From: Mobula hypostoma
Taxonomy: Eukaryota
Assembly (NCBI RefSeq): GCF_963921235.1
Contig: NC_086109.1
Span: forward strand, 28,708,001 to 28,772,000
Length of the DNA: 64,000 bases
Direction of reading: 5' to 3'
Below the pieces are notes generated by a model, which did no database searches, was not told where the DNA came from, and saw only the letters and a list, made by a program, of their open reading frames with translations. How positions within the stretch are numbered: the stretch's first letter is position 1; every line of letters begins with the position of its first letter. Position numbers and translations under genes: made by a program. Of the stretch, positions 1-11,503 are shown piece by piece.

Positions 1-231
1 GCACAGGGCAAGGGCAAGGATTTTACACAGAAGGTAGTGGATACCTGTAAGGTACTGCCAGGTGTAGTGGTGAAGGCAAATAAGGTAGAGGAGCTTAAAC
101 CTATGAATACACAGCAATGGAAGGAATATGAACCATGTGGAGGCAGAAGGAATTAGGTGTCATTAGGTGGATTATTTCAGCCAGACCTCATGGGCCAAAG
201 GACCTGTTCCTTTGCTGCATATTTCCATGTT
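1..231 (+). mobile_element. Degenerate CR1-type LINE 3' tail
   Basis: ttttacacagaaggtagtgg...atgggccaaaggacctgttcc resembles the CR1 tails at 15800-16050 and 33420-34043. Confidence 0.65.
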
Positions 232-1101
232 CGCTGAGTGAACGGCTAATCTCTTATTCTGAGAGATTGCGTCCTGGTGTTGGTTATTATTGAATTAATG
301 CCAAGAAGTTTTCCATGAGATAAGCTAAACTGAGTGTACAAAAATGTATGCAAAACAATTCGCAGAAGAAACAGGAGGCAAAAATAGAAGGAAAAGGAGC
401 TGTATCATTTTGAGTCAGCCTGAATAACACAATGAAATTCTGAACATTAAGATTCGGACAGCATCAGGTTGCAGATTTCCTCGAAATGTGAAAATTTCCA
501 GTTTCCAGCATCAAACTTCCATTGCGTTATTAACAAACTAACCATCTGCAATATGTTGTACGTTATTATGCATGTGCTTCTTCCTTCTAACCTAGTAAAT
601 AACCTAATCTTCAAAGCTTCACTTGAATGTAAATATTTTAAATGCGTTTGTTTTCTACGTTACTAGTAACTGGTATGTACCTTGGTCATGATTGAACAAT
701 CTCCTCCTCTGTCAATGTTCATGACATTGACCATTTTGCTATACTTCTGTCTTAATCTTGATCTGTATTGCAGTGGCACAAATGATATATGTCCAATTTT
801 TCATCATTCGCATTGGATTTAATAATGTATATTTGTCAAGAAAACTTCCACACGATAAAGAAATTGCTATTTTGAAATTGCTTCAGTTGACTACCTTGGA
901 TTTAGATTTTCATGCTGAAATATGTGTCCTTTTCTCTAGCAGTTAAAAATTCTACCATTTCTTAATGGTGCGCCTGCAGTAGATGGCTACTGTTACATCT
1001 ATAGCAGCAATGTCCACCTATCTCATCTTGTGCTTTCAATTCTGCTTTGAAATGTTGGCCTTTGATATCCCTCCAAATACTGTATCAACTACCATTATAT
1101 C

Positions 1102-1223
1102 TGAAATAAGAGAAAATCTACAGATGCTGGAAATCCAAGCAGCACACACAAAATGCTGGAGGAAGTCAGCAGACCAGGCAGCATCTATGGGAAAAAGTAC
1201 CGTTGACATTTCAGCAGGACTGA
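1102..1223 (-). mobile_element. Penelope-like element (PLE) terminal fragment; hammerhead stem II deleted
   Basis: cagatgctggaaatccaagcagcacacacaaaatgctggaggaagtcagcag matches the terminus at 62703-62842. Confidence 0.75.
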
Positions 1224-1727
1224 TCTATCTGTCCTTGCATTGGACAAGATCATTTAACATTCCTCCATGGCATCTACAATGGAGGAACTTTTCATATGCA
1301 ATCAAGTGTAGGACTTGCTGTTTACAACTTTGAGTAAATATGTGCATTCACTAAACTGCAGAAAAACTTACCACACAACATGTGATATATGAATGTCCCA
1401 AAGTGGTTGTGCTAAGGCATTTCTATCAATGAGAGAATATTGTCATGACCAATCTCACTTGACATCTGGTTCCGGGTTCTAGACTTGAAGCTCTACATGA
1501 CTCCTGATGATTCAGGATTGAAACAATTCTGTAGCTTATGAGCAACTTCAGAAAGTAAACCAAGTTTTATTATCAAAAGCATTTAAAGATTTGCTAACAT
1601 ACTACAGATTTCAGAACCCACTTCAGTTTCTTGAACTCCAGTGTAGTTCAGTTTTGTGTTTGCACATCCTCGTTGTCACCATCAATAGTCATTTTGTTGT
1701 TTGCGTTGTGTCGAAACTGAAAGTTTC

Positions 1728-1950
1728 ACACACCCCGCGACCGCTTGTGTTTTCTCCAGGTGCTCCAGTTTCCTCACACATAACAAAGATGCATGGTTAG
1801 GGGTAGTGAGTTGTGGGCATGCTATGTTGCTGCTGGAAGTGTGGTGACATTTGCAGGGAGCTTAGCACAATCCTCGCTGTTTTGTTTTGACGCTGACAAC
1901 GCATTTCACTGTATGCTTCCATATACATGTGACAAATGAAGCTAATTTTA
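1728..1950 (+). mobile_element. 5'-truncated V-domain SINE with non-CR1 tail
   Basis: V-domain ttctccaggtgctccagtttcctcacaca; tail cgcatttcactgtatg shared with 34961-35275. Confidence 0.7.
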
Positions 1951-2711
1951 ATATTTAATCTTTACAAGGCTTCCCATGTCATGAGTTTGACTATTGGCAA
2001 CCACTTCATTCTATTCCTGCACTTACAGGAGTAAAGTTTCTGTTCTGGGACTATTATGTTTCCTGTCTCTATTCTTTCTGGGTTTAAACTCAATAGCTAT
2101 GGCCTCATTTAACACAGTGACTGAGATGGATTGAGATAGCTTCTTTCTTTGTCTTGTTTTGAATATAACAGAAATCCTCATCTACTTGGTGATAAGCAAG
2201 AGATGTGCCAGGTCTACATATGCCCTATCAAAATGATTTCAGTTCCAATCTCCAATCATTTGTGCAGATAGAGTTATTTGTGAGTTGTTCTGGGACTACA
2301 TTTACAATTTCAAATGGGAGACTTGCATTAGTTCCTTCAATTAATACTGACTGAAACAAAGAACCCATGCTTGCAAGTGACATGCTTTTGAAAATGAGTT
2401 CTCAGTTCACGTAGGTATGACTGCTGTCCTCTTTGGTCACTGTCTTTGACCCTTCTTTGAAGTTAAACTTTATGTGCTAATAAGTTATGCCGATATTAAC
2501 AAATGTAAACCAAATTATTCACCTAACTCCTATTTTAGGCTGCTTTCTCTGTCACGTTGCACCTGGTAGTGACATTTATTGCATACCCCTTTCTTTATCT
2601 TCTCTGTGGCTAGAACAATGATCCTTTAATGAACCACTGAAGACTATCATGTTACAACACACACAGAATGCTGGAGCATCTCAGCAGCCGAGGCAGCCTC
2701 TACGGAAAGTA

Positions 2712-2748
2712 CGGTCAACATTTCGGGCTGAGACTCTTCATCAGGACT
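2712..2748 (-). ncRNA. Degenerate hammerhead motif on the opposite arm
   Basis: Reverse complement reads agtc-CTGATGA-agagtctcagccc-GAAA-tgtt-gaccg; CpG decay in stem III. Confidence 0.55.
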
Positions 2749-2754
2749 TTTCTC

Positions 2755-2792
2755 CAGTCCTGATGAAGGGTCTCAGCCTGAAACGTCGACTG
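2755..2792 (+). ncRNA. Minimal type I hammerhead ribozyme motif (PLE-type)
   Basis: CAGTC-CTGATGA-AGGgtctcagCCT-GAAA-CGTC-GACTG: perfect stem I, intact core, palindromic ACGT stem III, GUC cleavage triplet (cut after 2787). Confidence 0.8.
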
Positions 2793-3261
2793 TACATTTT
2801 TCCATAGATGTTGTCTGGCCTGCTGAGTTCCTCCAGCACTGTGTGTGTGCTGCTTGAATTTCCAGCATCTGCATATTTTCTCTTGTTTGTGACTATCACG
2901 TTACATATCATTTTCTACCAAGCTACTTGCTGTTTCTCATGTCTCCACATTAAAGCAATCAGGTGTTATTGGCCATCAATTGTTCCATGTCGGAATGACT
3001 AAACTATCAACCACGTTGTTGAAGGTTCACCAGTAACATTGGACTGAGTTAGCAGAACAACGCCCAGATGTCTTGCCACTGCTTTTGGGTAGCATGCGCA
3101 GCATCTGGTAGAGTATGACAAAATTTCTGGGCCAAGATCACCCCCTTCAGTGAAGCTCCTGCTCCATTCTTCGGTCCTGTAGTTTAACCTTAAAGTGCAT
3201 TTCTGCCGATGGGATTTTCCTAATGTTGGCTGACTGATTCTTTAGTGGGATCCCATATGTA

Positions 3262-3530
3262 GAGTCATAGAGCACTGCAGCATAGAAACAGGCACTGCAG
3301 CCCACATAGTCCACGTTGAACTATTATTCTGCTTAGTCGCATTGAGCAACCCTTGGATCATAGTTCTCCAAACTCTGCCCATACACATCCTTGTCCAAAC
3401 TTCTCTTAAATGTTGAAAATCGAATCCACATCTACCACTACCTTTGGTAGCTTGTTCCACACTTTGAGTGAAGTTCCCCCTCACGTTCCCCTTAAACGTT
3501 TCACCTTTCACCCTTAACCCATGACCTCTA
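3262..3530 (-). mobile_element. CR1-type LINE 3' fragment
   Basis: Minus ORF KGETFKGNVRGNFTQ resembles the CR1 ORF2 C-terminus; CR1-like tail at left end. Confidence 0.75.
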
Positions 3531-4971
3531 ATTCAATCAACTCTAGGGGTGAACAATGAAACCACAGTTAAGCAAAAAATCCTTTATCTTCTGAAAAAAA
3601 AACAGATAAAGGAAGGAAGTTATGAAAATAAAAAAAAGACTGCATGTCCTCAAAATCCAAAATGCAAACTGAAAATGTTGGAAATACTCAGCAGGTTAGA
3701 TAGCATCAGTGGAAAGAGAGAGCAAGTTAACTTTTCAAGTAGAACATCAACAGGAAGAAAATTGGTGAAACTTTATCGGCTGACATGTTGTCGCCATATT
3801 CTCCAAACCTTTACAACTTGCCCTTGAATTCAAACCAACAGAAAGCTAGTATTCATAAATATAATTTGCCAACATTTTTTCTTATAAAGGAAATAACAGA
3901 TTGGATACATTGAATGACTGTTTTCTTCTCTCACATAATTTTATCACATACCCTTTTGTTATTTAATTAAGAATGAAAAATATTTCAACAGTTTATCTGA
4001 GCTCCTGTGTTCAATGATTGATTTAATTACAGTAAATATCTGAGAGGGTAATATAATTGGTGAATAATCTTTTTATCCTCTCTGCCTTTCAGCGTCCAAT
4101 TGTTCTAAAGCACTGTTGCTTTATTAAAATTCTAGAGTAGATTTTGTTACATGTTTACCTTTTGTGCATTGTTTGTACCATGGAAGAAAAAACTGCTAAA
4201 AGAAAAACATGCTTATTGTAGTTCTCTAAGAATTTGGCACGATTTTTGAAGTAGTAATTGGAATGTTTTGAAATGCGGATACAGGAACAGCAATGTTATG
4301 CAACTAGAAGAGTAAAGCACATAAATATTATTACAAAATGAAAAGTTCCATTACACTTGGTTCTCATCTTTTTCATGAAAACATTACAGAATTGTGCAAA
4401 TATTTTTATTTCCCATCCCTGTTGATTGAATATGGAGATCAATGCAAAATTTAATATGGTGATTAATTGAAATACTTCTGTGTTGGCTTCTTGCATAGGA
4501 TACCACCTTAGGTGGATTGAAGTGTTCTCCTCAATGGGAGTAAGAGATAAATACAGTAAAGAATATTGTCCATTGTGTTCACTAACAAAAAATACATAAT
4601 ATCGTATGCACTTCAACCTCTGCCTTTGAAATTTGGGGCATCATCTTGAGGGAAATTAAAAATAAGCTGGGTTCAAAGTTACTACATCACATAATAAATT
4701 CATAAAATGGTATATGTATTTCTACCCCAATTATTCAAAATGGTTGATAGAGTCTTATCTTTAAAATATACCTAATTGTGTTAAATTTTAAAACATGAGT
4801 GACTTTAATTGATTCCTAAATATAACCACATGGTTAGATTTATATTATGACTGTATCTTTGAATTAAAATAAACTCTAGGTTCTTCGCTGGAATATTATC
4901 AAACAAAATTTGATGTATAAATACTGCGTATTAGCAGCTATTAAAGTGACTCACCAAACATTTGGTCTAAG

Positions 4972-5480
4972 TGGAAACACTCAGCAGGTCAGACAGCATC
5001 TGTAGAAGGGGAAACAGAATCAACCCCCTTTTTTAGAACTGGAAAGAGAGAAAAACAAATTACTTTTCAATAGGAGAGAATTGGAAGAAGGATATAGGTA
5101 AAACAAATAGAATATCTCTGATAGGATAAGTCCAGAAGGATTGGTGTTTGCAGTTACCATTACTTTATGTGGTCACAGAGGAAGGAATCAGAGTGTCTCA
5201 TACAGAAGTCCCTTTCAAATACTGAAAAGAGAGGGGAGTGTATGCACATTGATTAAGTGTAGAGGATGTTGGAACATTGATGCAGCTGGGGTGAAAGCTG
5301 AGAATAAAAGGACCCTGTTGTTGCTTTGGGAGGCAGGAGGAGTGAGGGCACAAGAATGGGAAATAGAAATGACATTTTCAAACACCCTGTCAATTATAAT
5401 GGAGAAGGCTCCTTGGACAAAGAAAGGAGACTTCTTTGAAGCACTTGTATAGAAGGTGCCAGTATCACAACAGATTGAAG
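4972..5480 (-). mobile_element. Old degenerate PLE fragment (similar short piece at ~3665-3755)
   Basis: ggaaacactcagcaggtcagacagcatctgtagaagg terminal motif followed by purine-rich PLE-like UTR. Confidence 0.5.
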
Positions 5481-5544
5481 AGAAACCCTCTTCTCATTAC
5501 TACAATCAGGGAGATTGTACAGTAGCCTGAAAACAGTCATTTAA

Positions 5545-5780
5545 TGTTAGAAGAATTGCTTCTTCTCCTCTGCCATTAGATTTCTGAATGGTCCATGTAC
5601 CCCTGAACACTGCCTTGTTATTATTTTTGCACAGTTTATTTATGTATGTATGCACATGTGCATGTATTTATTTATTTTGATATAACCTAAAGTAATTTAT
5701 GATACCTGCACTGTGCTGCTGCCATAAAAAACCAAACTATATGACTAATGTCAGTGACAATAAACATGATTCTCATTCTC
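5545..5780 (+). mobile_element. Rex1/Babar-type LINE 3' tail
   Basis: tctgccattagatttctgaatggtcc...ctgtgctgctgcca...aataaacatgattctc; same tail at ~41100-41175 and ~45970-46065. Confidence 0.55.
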
Positions 5781-6550
5781 TTTCTGTAAATAATCTGCTG
5801 CAGTGATCATTGGTTGCTGTAGAAAAATAGGTCAGAATATGTGCTTTGCAAAATTTTAAGTACCAGGTAGTTTTAACGCTTCCTTGAACAGAAGCAAAGA
5901 TGATCTCTGTTGAACTTCAGTCTGAAAGGCAGCACCCTCCAGGATCACTGTAACACATCTACTGTGCTCAGTTGTTCGATGAACCTCCATTACACATGGG
6001 AGTGGCAAATGAATTCACAAAGGGCTGACTCAAATAAAATGCATCCAATAGTTCCTCAATATGCAGTGATACTGGAGAAGCAGGTAGAATCCAATCAATT
6101 TAGGAATCAACTATAGCACAATGGTTATTTGTTTCCTGTGTTATCTAATTGAGGGCATATTGAGAAGTTAACAGACTTTTTAGTTTTAGTAGGGGGAATT
6201 ATGGTACTGCCATGTAGGGGCAGGAATGTTGTGAGTTACGTAGGCTTGCTCTTAAAGGAATTTCCAGTGCCAGGTTTAATTATCTAATCATTGGGCTTGT
6301 GTTAACCCGGGAGGTGATGATCGCCTCTTTGTTAAGCCCTTGCCATATCCCTTTAGAAATGGATTGAAGCCCATTAGAACTGACGAGAAAGATGTTTTTT
6401 TTTGCTATCATTTCTGATGGGTTTCAGGCCATCTGTAAAGGAACGTGATAACCAAAGCCAAAGCAGTTCCAGCTTTCCAAATGACATGAAAGAGTTGATT
6501 ATTTTTTCAGCCTTTTTAAAAAGCTTTATAAAAGAAAAACAAGAATCTTC

Positions 6551-6799
6551 TGTTGTTTTGTAACTCCAAAACATAAAACATTTCAAGAAAAACACAAAGC
6601 CAGGAATAACATGCATACTCTGGTTTTGATTTCACTTAACTGAGGTGCCCACTTTTGACGTAATGTCATAATGATGTATGCCATTCACATGTTTTTATAT
6701 ATAACCCATAATGAATTACTTAAAGAAGCAAAGAATGCTTAACCAAACAAAATATTTACAATATTACTTAAATATTATTGAAATATTAAATATACAACA
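6551..6799. mobile_element. Probable solo LTR (249 bp)
   Basis: TGTTGT...ACAACA inverted termini (TG...CA); near-TSD cttc/cttt; no internal domain. Confidence 0.55.
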
Positions 6800-7049
6800 C
6801 TTTGTGGTCAAGAAATGGCACTTACAGTCAAGGTGCGGGCGCACCGAATCCAAATTTACAGGTTGGTTTTAGACTGGACATGCTACCTCATGGAGATGAA
6901 TTGTCCTATGTTGTGATTTGTTGGAGATTCCTGTTTGCAGCCTGAATGATTTCTTCCATTTTAAGCAATGACTGTAGCTTTCTCTGTTTCTGAACTCTGA
7001 TTACTTAAGATCTTGGATGGTGACATGATAATCCAATGGGCACAATTGT

Positions 7050-7590
7050 GTAAAGGGTATACAGACTGAGAGATGCAGTTGACTACAGACACACACAACA
7101 CTTGCTAAAAGCAGCAAAAAGCCAAGAAATTGATTAACAAATATCACTGAAGATCTCAGGTAGAGTATAAGAGTAAAGTATGGATAAGTCTTTAAAAAAG
7201 TCAAGCTGGGTTCCAGATGCCACATTTTGGGACCATTCAGAGTTTGTAGAAAAGATGTATTAGAATGATTTCAATGATGAGATACTTTGGTTATATGAAT
7301 AAACTTAAGAGTCTGGAGTATTCTTCTGGCAGCAAAAGAGGTTGTAAAAGAACTGTTAGAATGATGTAAAAATGTGAATGATATTAACAGAGTCAATGGG
7401 AAGAAGCTGTTTAAATCAAGAAATACAGAACGAAGGAGACTGATAAAGGCAACAAAAGTGTTTTTTCTCTTGCCTAACAAGTGGTTAGATCACTGTCAGG
7501 ATGAGCTGTGAAGGCAAATTCAATTGTAGAAGTCAAAAAGTAGTTTGATAAGTATCCAAATAGAAAGAACATTTAGGGCTGTGGGAGAAA
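7050..7590 (+). mobile_element. Old CR1 3' fragment, continuing at ~16055-16143 after the younger CR1
   Basis: Degenerate CR1 ORF2 C-terminus ends tagggctgtgggagaaa; tail resumes gagtgagattagctggattg...ggccaaatggcctcctt. Confidence 0.55.
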
Positions 7591-9509
7591 TTAATCACAT
7601 TAAGGAATTGGATCTAGACCTGGATGAACACTGGATCATTTGGGAGGGTGAAGGGATGATAGATAGGACATATAAAGAGGTAGTTACAGCCAAGGAGCAG
7701 GTCACAGGAAACTGGGTAACAGTGAGGATGGGGAAAGGAGTAAGGAGCCACTGGATAGTACTCCTGTGGCCATCCCCCTCAATAGTAGGTACATTATTTT
7801 GGATACTGTTGGGGGGTATGACCTAACAGAGGAGAGTCACAGTCAACGGGTCTCTGGCACTGAGTCTGCCTCTGTGACCCAGAAGGGAAAGGGGGAGAAG
7901 ATGCACACTGTGGTGATAGGGGAACAGGCAGTAGGTTCTGTAGGTGAGAACAAGATTCCCAGATGGCATGTTGCCTCCCGGGTACTAGGATATCTCGAAT
8001 TGAGTCCTCAGCATTTTTAAGTGGAAGAGTGAACAGCCAGAAGTCATGGTCCACGTAGGTACCAATGACAGTGGTAGGATGAGTGATGAGGTTCTGCATA
8101 GGCAGTTAGGTGCTAATTTAAAGGGCAGGACCTCCAGGGTTATGATCTCGGGATTGCTAGTGAGGCTAGAACTAGAAAGATTATACAGTTTAACTCCTAT
8201 TCATATAGGAGGGAGGGCATAAGTTTTTTGGATCATTGGACCCTCTTCCAGGGAAGGTGGGGCCTGTACAAAAGGGCCAGTTTGCACTAGAACTAGAGGG
8301 GGTCTAATATTCTAGCAGAAAGGTTTGTTAATGCTGCATGGTGGAGTTTAAAATAGAGATGCGGGAGTATGCAACAAGAGTGTCAGAACAGCTAGTGGAG
8401 GGGTTGTGGAGACAGATGTTGGTAAGACATAAGATAAAGTTAGAAATCAAAAGGTTGAGCATCGTGTGACTAGTGTCCTGAGCGGCAAGAAGTATGTTAG
8501 GAAAGGTGGATGATAGTGCTGAAGATGAGGTAGCTGGTTTACAAACAGGGGCACTGTGTAGTGAGGCGAGGTTGCTGACAGGGCAAAACAGCAGTCAACA
8601 GGATGAGTTGCAATGTAAAAGGCAGATAAAATCGAAAAGAGTGAATATAGGACTGAAGTTGTTGTATCTGAATGAGCACAGAATACGAAATAAGGTCGAT
8701 GAACTTGCAGCACAGTTGCAGATTGGCAGGTACGATGTTGTAGGCATTACTGAATCATGGCTGTAAGGTTATAGTTGAGAGCTTAACCTCCAAAGATACA
8801 CATTGTATTGAAAGCATGGGCAGGAGGCAGACGGGGCGGTGCTGCTCTGTTGATAAAGAATGAAATCAAATTATTAGAAAGAGATGACATTGTGGAAGGG
8901 GTTGAATCATTGTGGATAGAATTAATGAACTGCAGGTGCTAAAAGACCCTGATGGGAGCTGTATAAGGACCCCCCAGACAGTACTAAGGGTTTGGCCTAC
9001 AAAGTACAAAGGAAGATAGAAATTGCATGCCAAAATGGCAATGTTGCAATAGTCATGGGGGTTTTCAATATGCAGATAGATTGGGAAAATCGGGCTGATG
9101 CTGGATTCCAGGAAGGGGAATTTCGAGAGTGCCTCCCAGATGGTTTTTAAGAACTGCTCATGGTTGGGCCCACTAGAGGATCAGCTATTCAGGATTGGGT
9201 ATTGTGCAATGAACCAGAATTGATTAGATACTTTAAGGTAAAAAGACGCTTAGGGGCAAGTGTTCAAAATATGATCAAATTCACCCTGAAACTTGAGAAG
9301 GAGATACTGAAGTTGAATGTGTCAGTATTACAGTGGAGTAAAGGGAATTACAGAGGCATGAGAGGGGAGTTGGCCAGAATTGATTGGAAAAGAACACTGG
9401 CAGGGATGATGAAAGAGCAATAATGGCTGGAATTTTTGGAAGCAGTTTTGAAGGCTCAGAAATATACGTCCTAAAGAGGAAGAAGTATTCTAAAGAAAAG
9501 GTGACACAT

Positions 9510-9953
9510 TTCATCGGGGTCTCTCTTCCCACCATTACAGACATTTACACCATATGAAGGACCCCATGCACCCCTCATATAAACTCTTCTCCCTCCTGCC
9601 ATCTGGCAAAAGGCACTGAAGTATTCAGGCTCTCACGACCAGACTATGTAACAGTTTCTTCCCCCAAGTCATCAGACTCCTCAATACCCAGAGCCTGGAC
9701 TGACACCAACCTACTGCCCTCTACTGTGCATATTGTCTTGTTTATTATTTATTGTAATGCCTGCACTGTTTTGTACACTTTATGCAGTCCTGGGTAGGTC
9801 TGTAGTCTAGTGTTGTTTTACATAGTTCAGTGTAGTTTTTGTATTGTTCATGTGGCACCATGGTCCTGAAAAACATTGTCTCATTTTTATTGTGTACTGT
9901 ACCAGCAGTTATGGTCAAAATGACAATAAAAAGTGACTTGATTTGACTTGACC
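9510..9953 (+). mobile_element. Rex1/Babar-type 3' fragment inserted in CR1 ORF2
   Basis: ctcttctccctcctgccatctggcaaaagg...acagtttcttcccccaag; (gactt)n tail; CR1 sequence resumes at ~9954. Confidence 0.75.
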
Positions 9954-11268
9954 TGACAACCACAGGTAACAAGAGACGTCAAAGCCAACATAAAAGCCAA
10001 AGAGAGAGCATATAATAGAGCAAAAATTTGTGAGGATTTAGAGGATTGGGAAGCTTTCAAATACCAAATGAAGGCAACTAAAAAAGTCATAAAGAAGGTA
10101 AAGATGGAATACGAAAGTAAGCTAGACAATAATATTAAAGAAGATACCAAAATGTTTTTCAGATATATGAAGTGTAAAAGAAAGGCAAGAGTGTATATTG
10201 GACCATTGGAAATGATGCTGGAGAGGTAGTAAAGGGGACAACAAAATGGTGGATGAACTGAGTAAGTATTTTCCATCAGTCTTCACTGTGGAAAACACTA
10301 ACAGTATGTTAGATGTTCCAGGTGTCAGGGGACATGAAGTATGTGAAGTTACCATAACTAGGGAAACTGAAAGGTCGGAAGGTAGATAAGTCACCTAGAA
10401 CAGGTGGTGTACATCACGGAGTTCTGAAAGACGTGGCTAAAGAGATCGTGGAGGGATGAGTAATAATCTTTCAAGAATCACTAGATTCTGGAGTGGTTCT
10501 GGAAGACTGGAAAATTGCAAATGTCACCTCATCTTCAAGAAGGGAGAGAGGTGGAAGAAACAAATCTATAGGCCGGTTAGTCTGAACTCAATGGTTGAGA
10601 AGACGTTGGAGTTGATTATTAAGATGAAGTCTCAGGGTACTTGGAGGCAAATGATACAATAGCCCATAGTCAGCACGATTTCCTCAAGGGAAAATCTTGC
10701 CTGACAAATCTGTTGGGATTCTTTGAAAAAAATAATAAGCTGGATAGACAAAGAGAGTCAGTTGATGTGTACTTCAATTTTCAGAAGGACTTTAACAAGG
10801 TGCAACCCTTGAGGCTGCTTAACAAGCTATGAGCCATAGTATTACAGGAAAGATTCTAGCATGGATAAAACAGTGGTTGATTGGCAAAAGGCAAAGAGTG
10901 GGAATAAAAGGAGGTTCTTCTGCTTGGCTGCTGATGTCTGCTGGTGTTCCACATGGGTCTGTGCTGAGACTCTGATTCTTTTCATGTTATATATCAATGA
11001 TTTGGAGGATGGGCAAAAAAGTGGCAGATGAAATACAGTATTGGGAAGTATATGGTCATGCACTTTAGTAGAAGAAATGAAAGGGTTGACTATTTTCTAG
11101 ATGGAGAGAAAATACAAAAAACTGAGGTGCAAAAAGACTTCAGAGTCATTGTGCAGGAATCCCTAAAGGTTAATTTGCAGTTTGATTCTGTGGAAAGGAA
11201 GGCAAATGCAATGTTAGTATTCATTTCAAGAGGACTAGAATATTAAAGTAAGGATGTAATGATGAGAC

Positions 11269-11463
11269 TGTGGCGACCCACTTTCTGACACCCACGAACC
11301 GGCTCACGAAACAGCGCGCGCAGGCAGAGGGCGGGCAGCAAAAAGGGCGGGAACGGGAAGGCTTTAAAGCGGGCCGCGAAGTTTGAATAAACCTCTTTCA
11401 TCGCAACTCCAACTCACCGACTCCGTGTGGTTATTCTAGCGCTGTGTGTAGCACATCACTACA
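11269..11463 (+). repeat. 5' LTR
   Basis: tgtggcgaccca...cactaca; TATA-like tttaaa 11363-11368; AATAAA 11386-11391. Confidence 0.97.
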
Positions 11464-11465
11464 AT

Positions 11466-11479
11466 TGGTGACCCCGACG
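11466..11479 (+). promoter_or_regulatory. Primer-binding site complementary to tRNA-Trp 3' end
   Basis: TGGTGACCCCGACG, 2 nt after the LTR, is the reverse complement of ...CGUCGGGGUCACCA. Confidence 0.9.
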
Positions 11480-11503
11480 GCCCAAACGATATTTGGACCA
11501 GAG

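Larger units (their letters stand above)
2657..2890. mobile_element. Self-complementary non-autonomous PLE-derived element with 15-bp TSD
   Basis: Arms 2657-2748 and 2756-2849 are reverse complements around a 7-nt loop; flanked by gactatcatgttaca (2642-2656) and gactatcacgttaca (2891-2905). Confidence 0.85.

Noticed and set aside
1498..1535. CTGATGA...GAAA spacing resembling a hammerhead
   Set aside because: No stem I or stem II pairing
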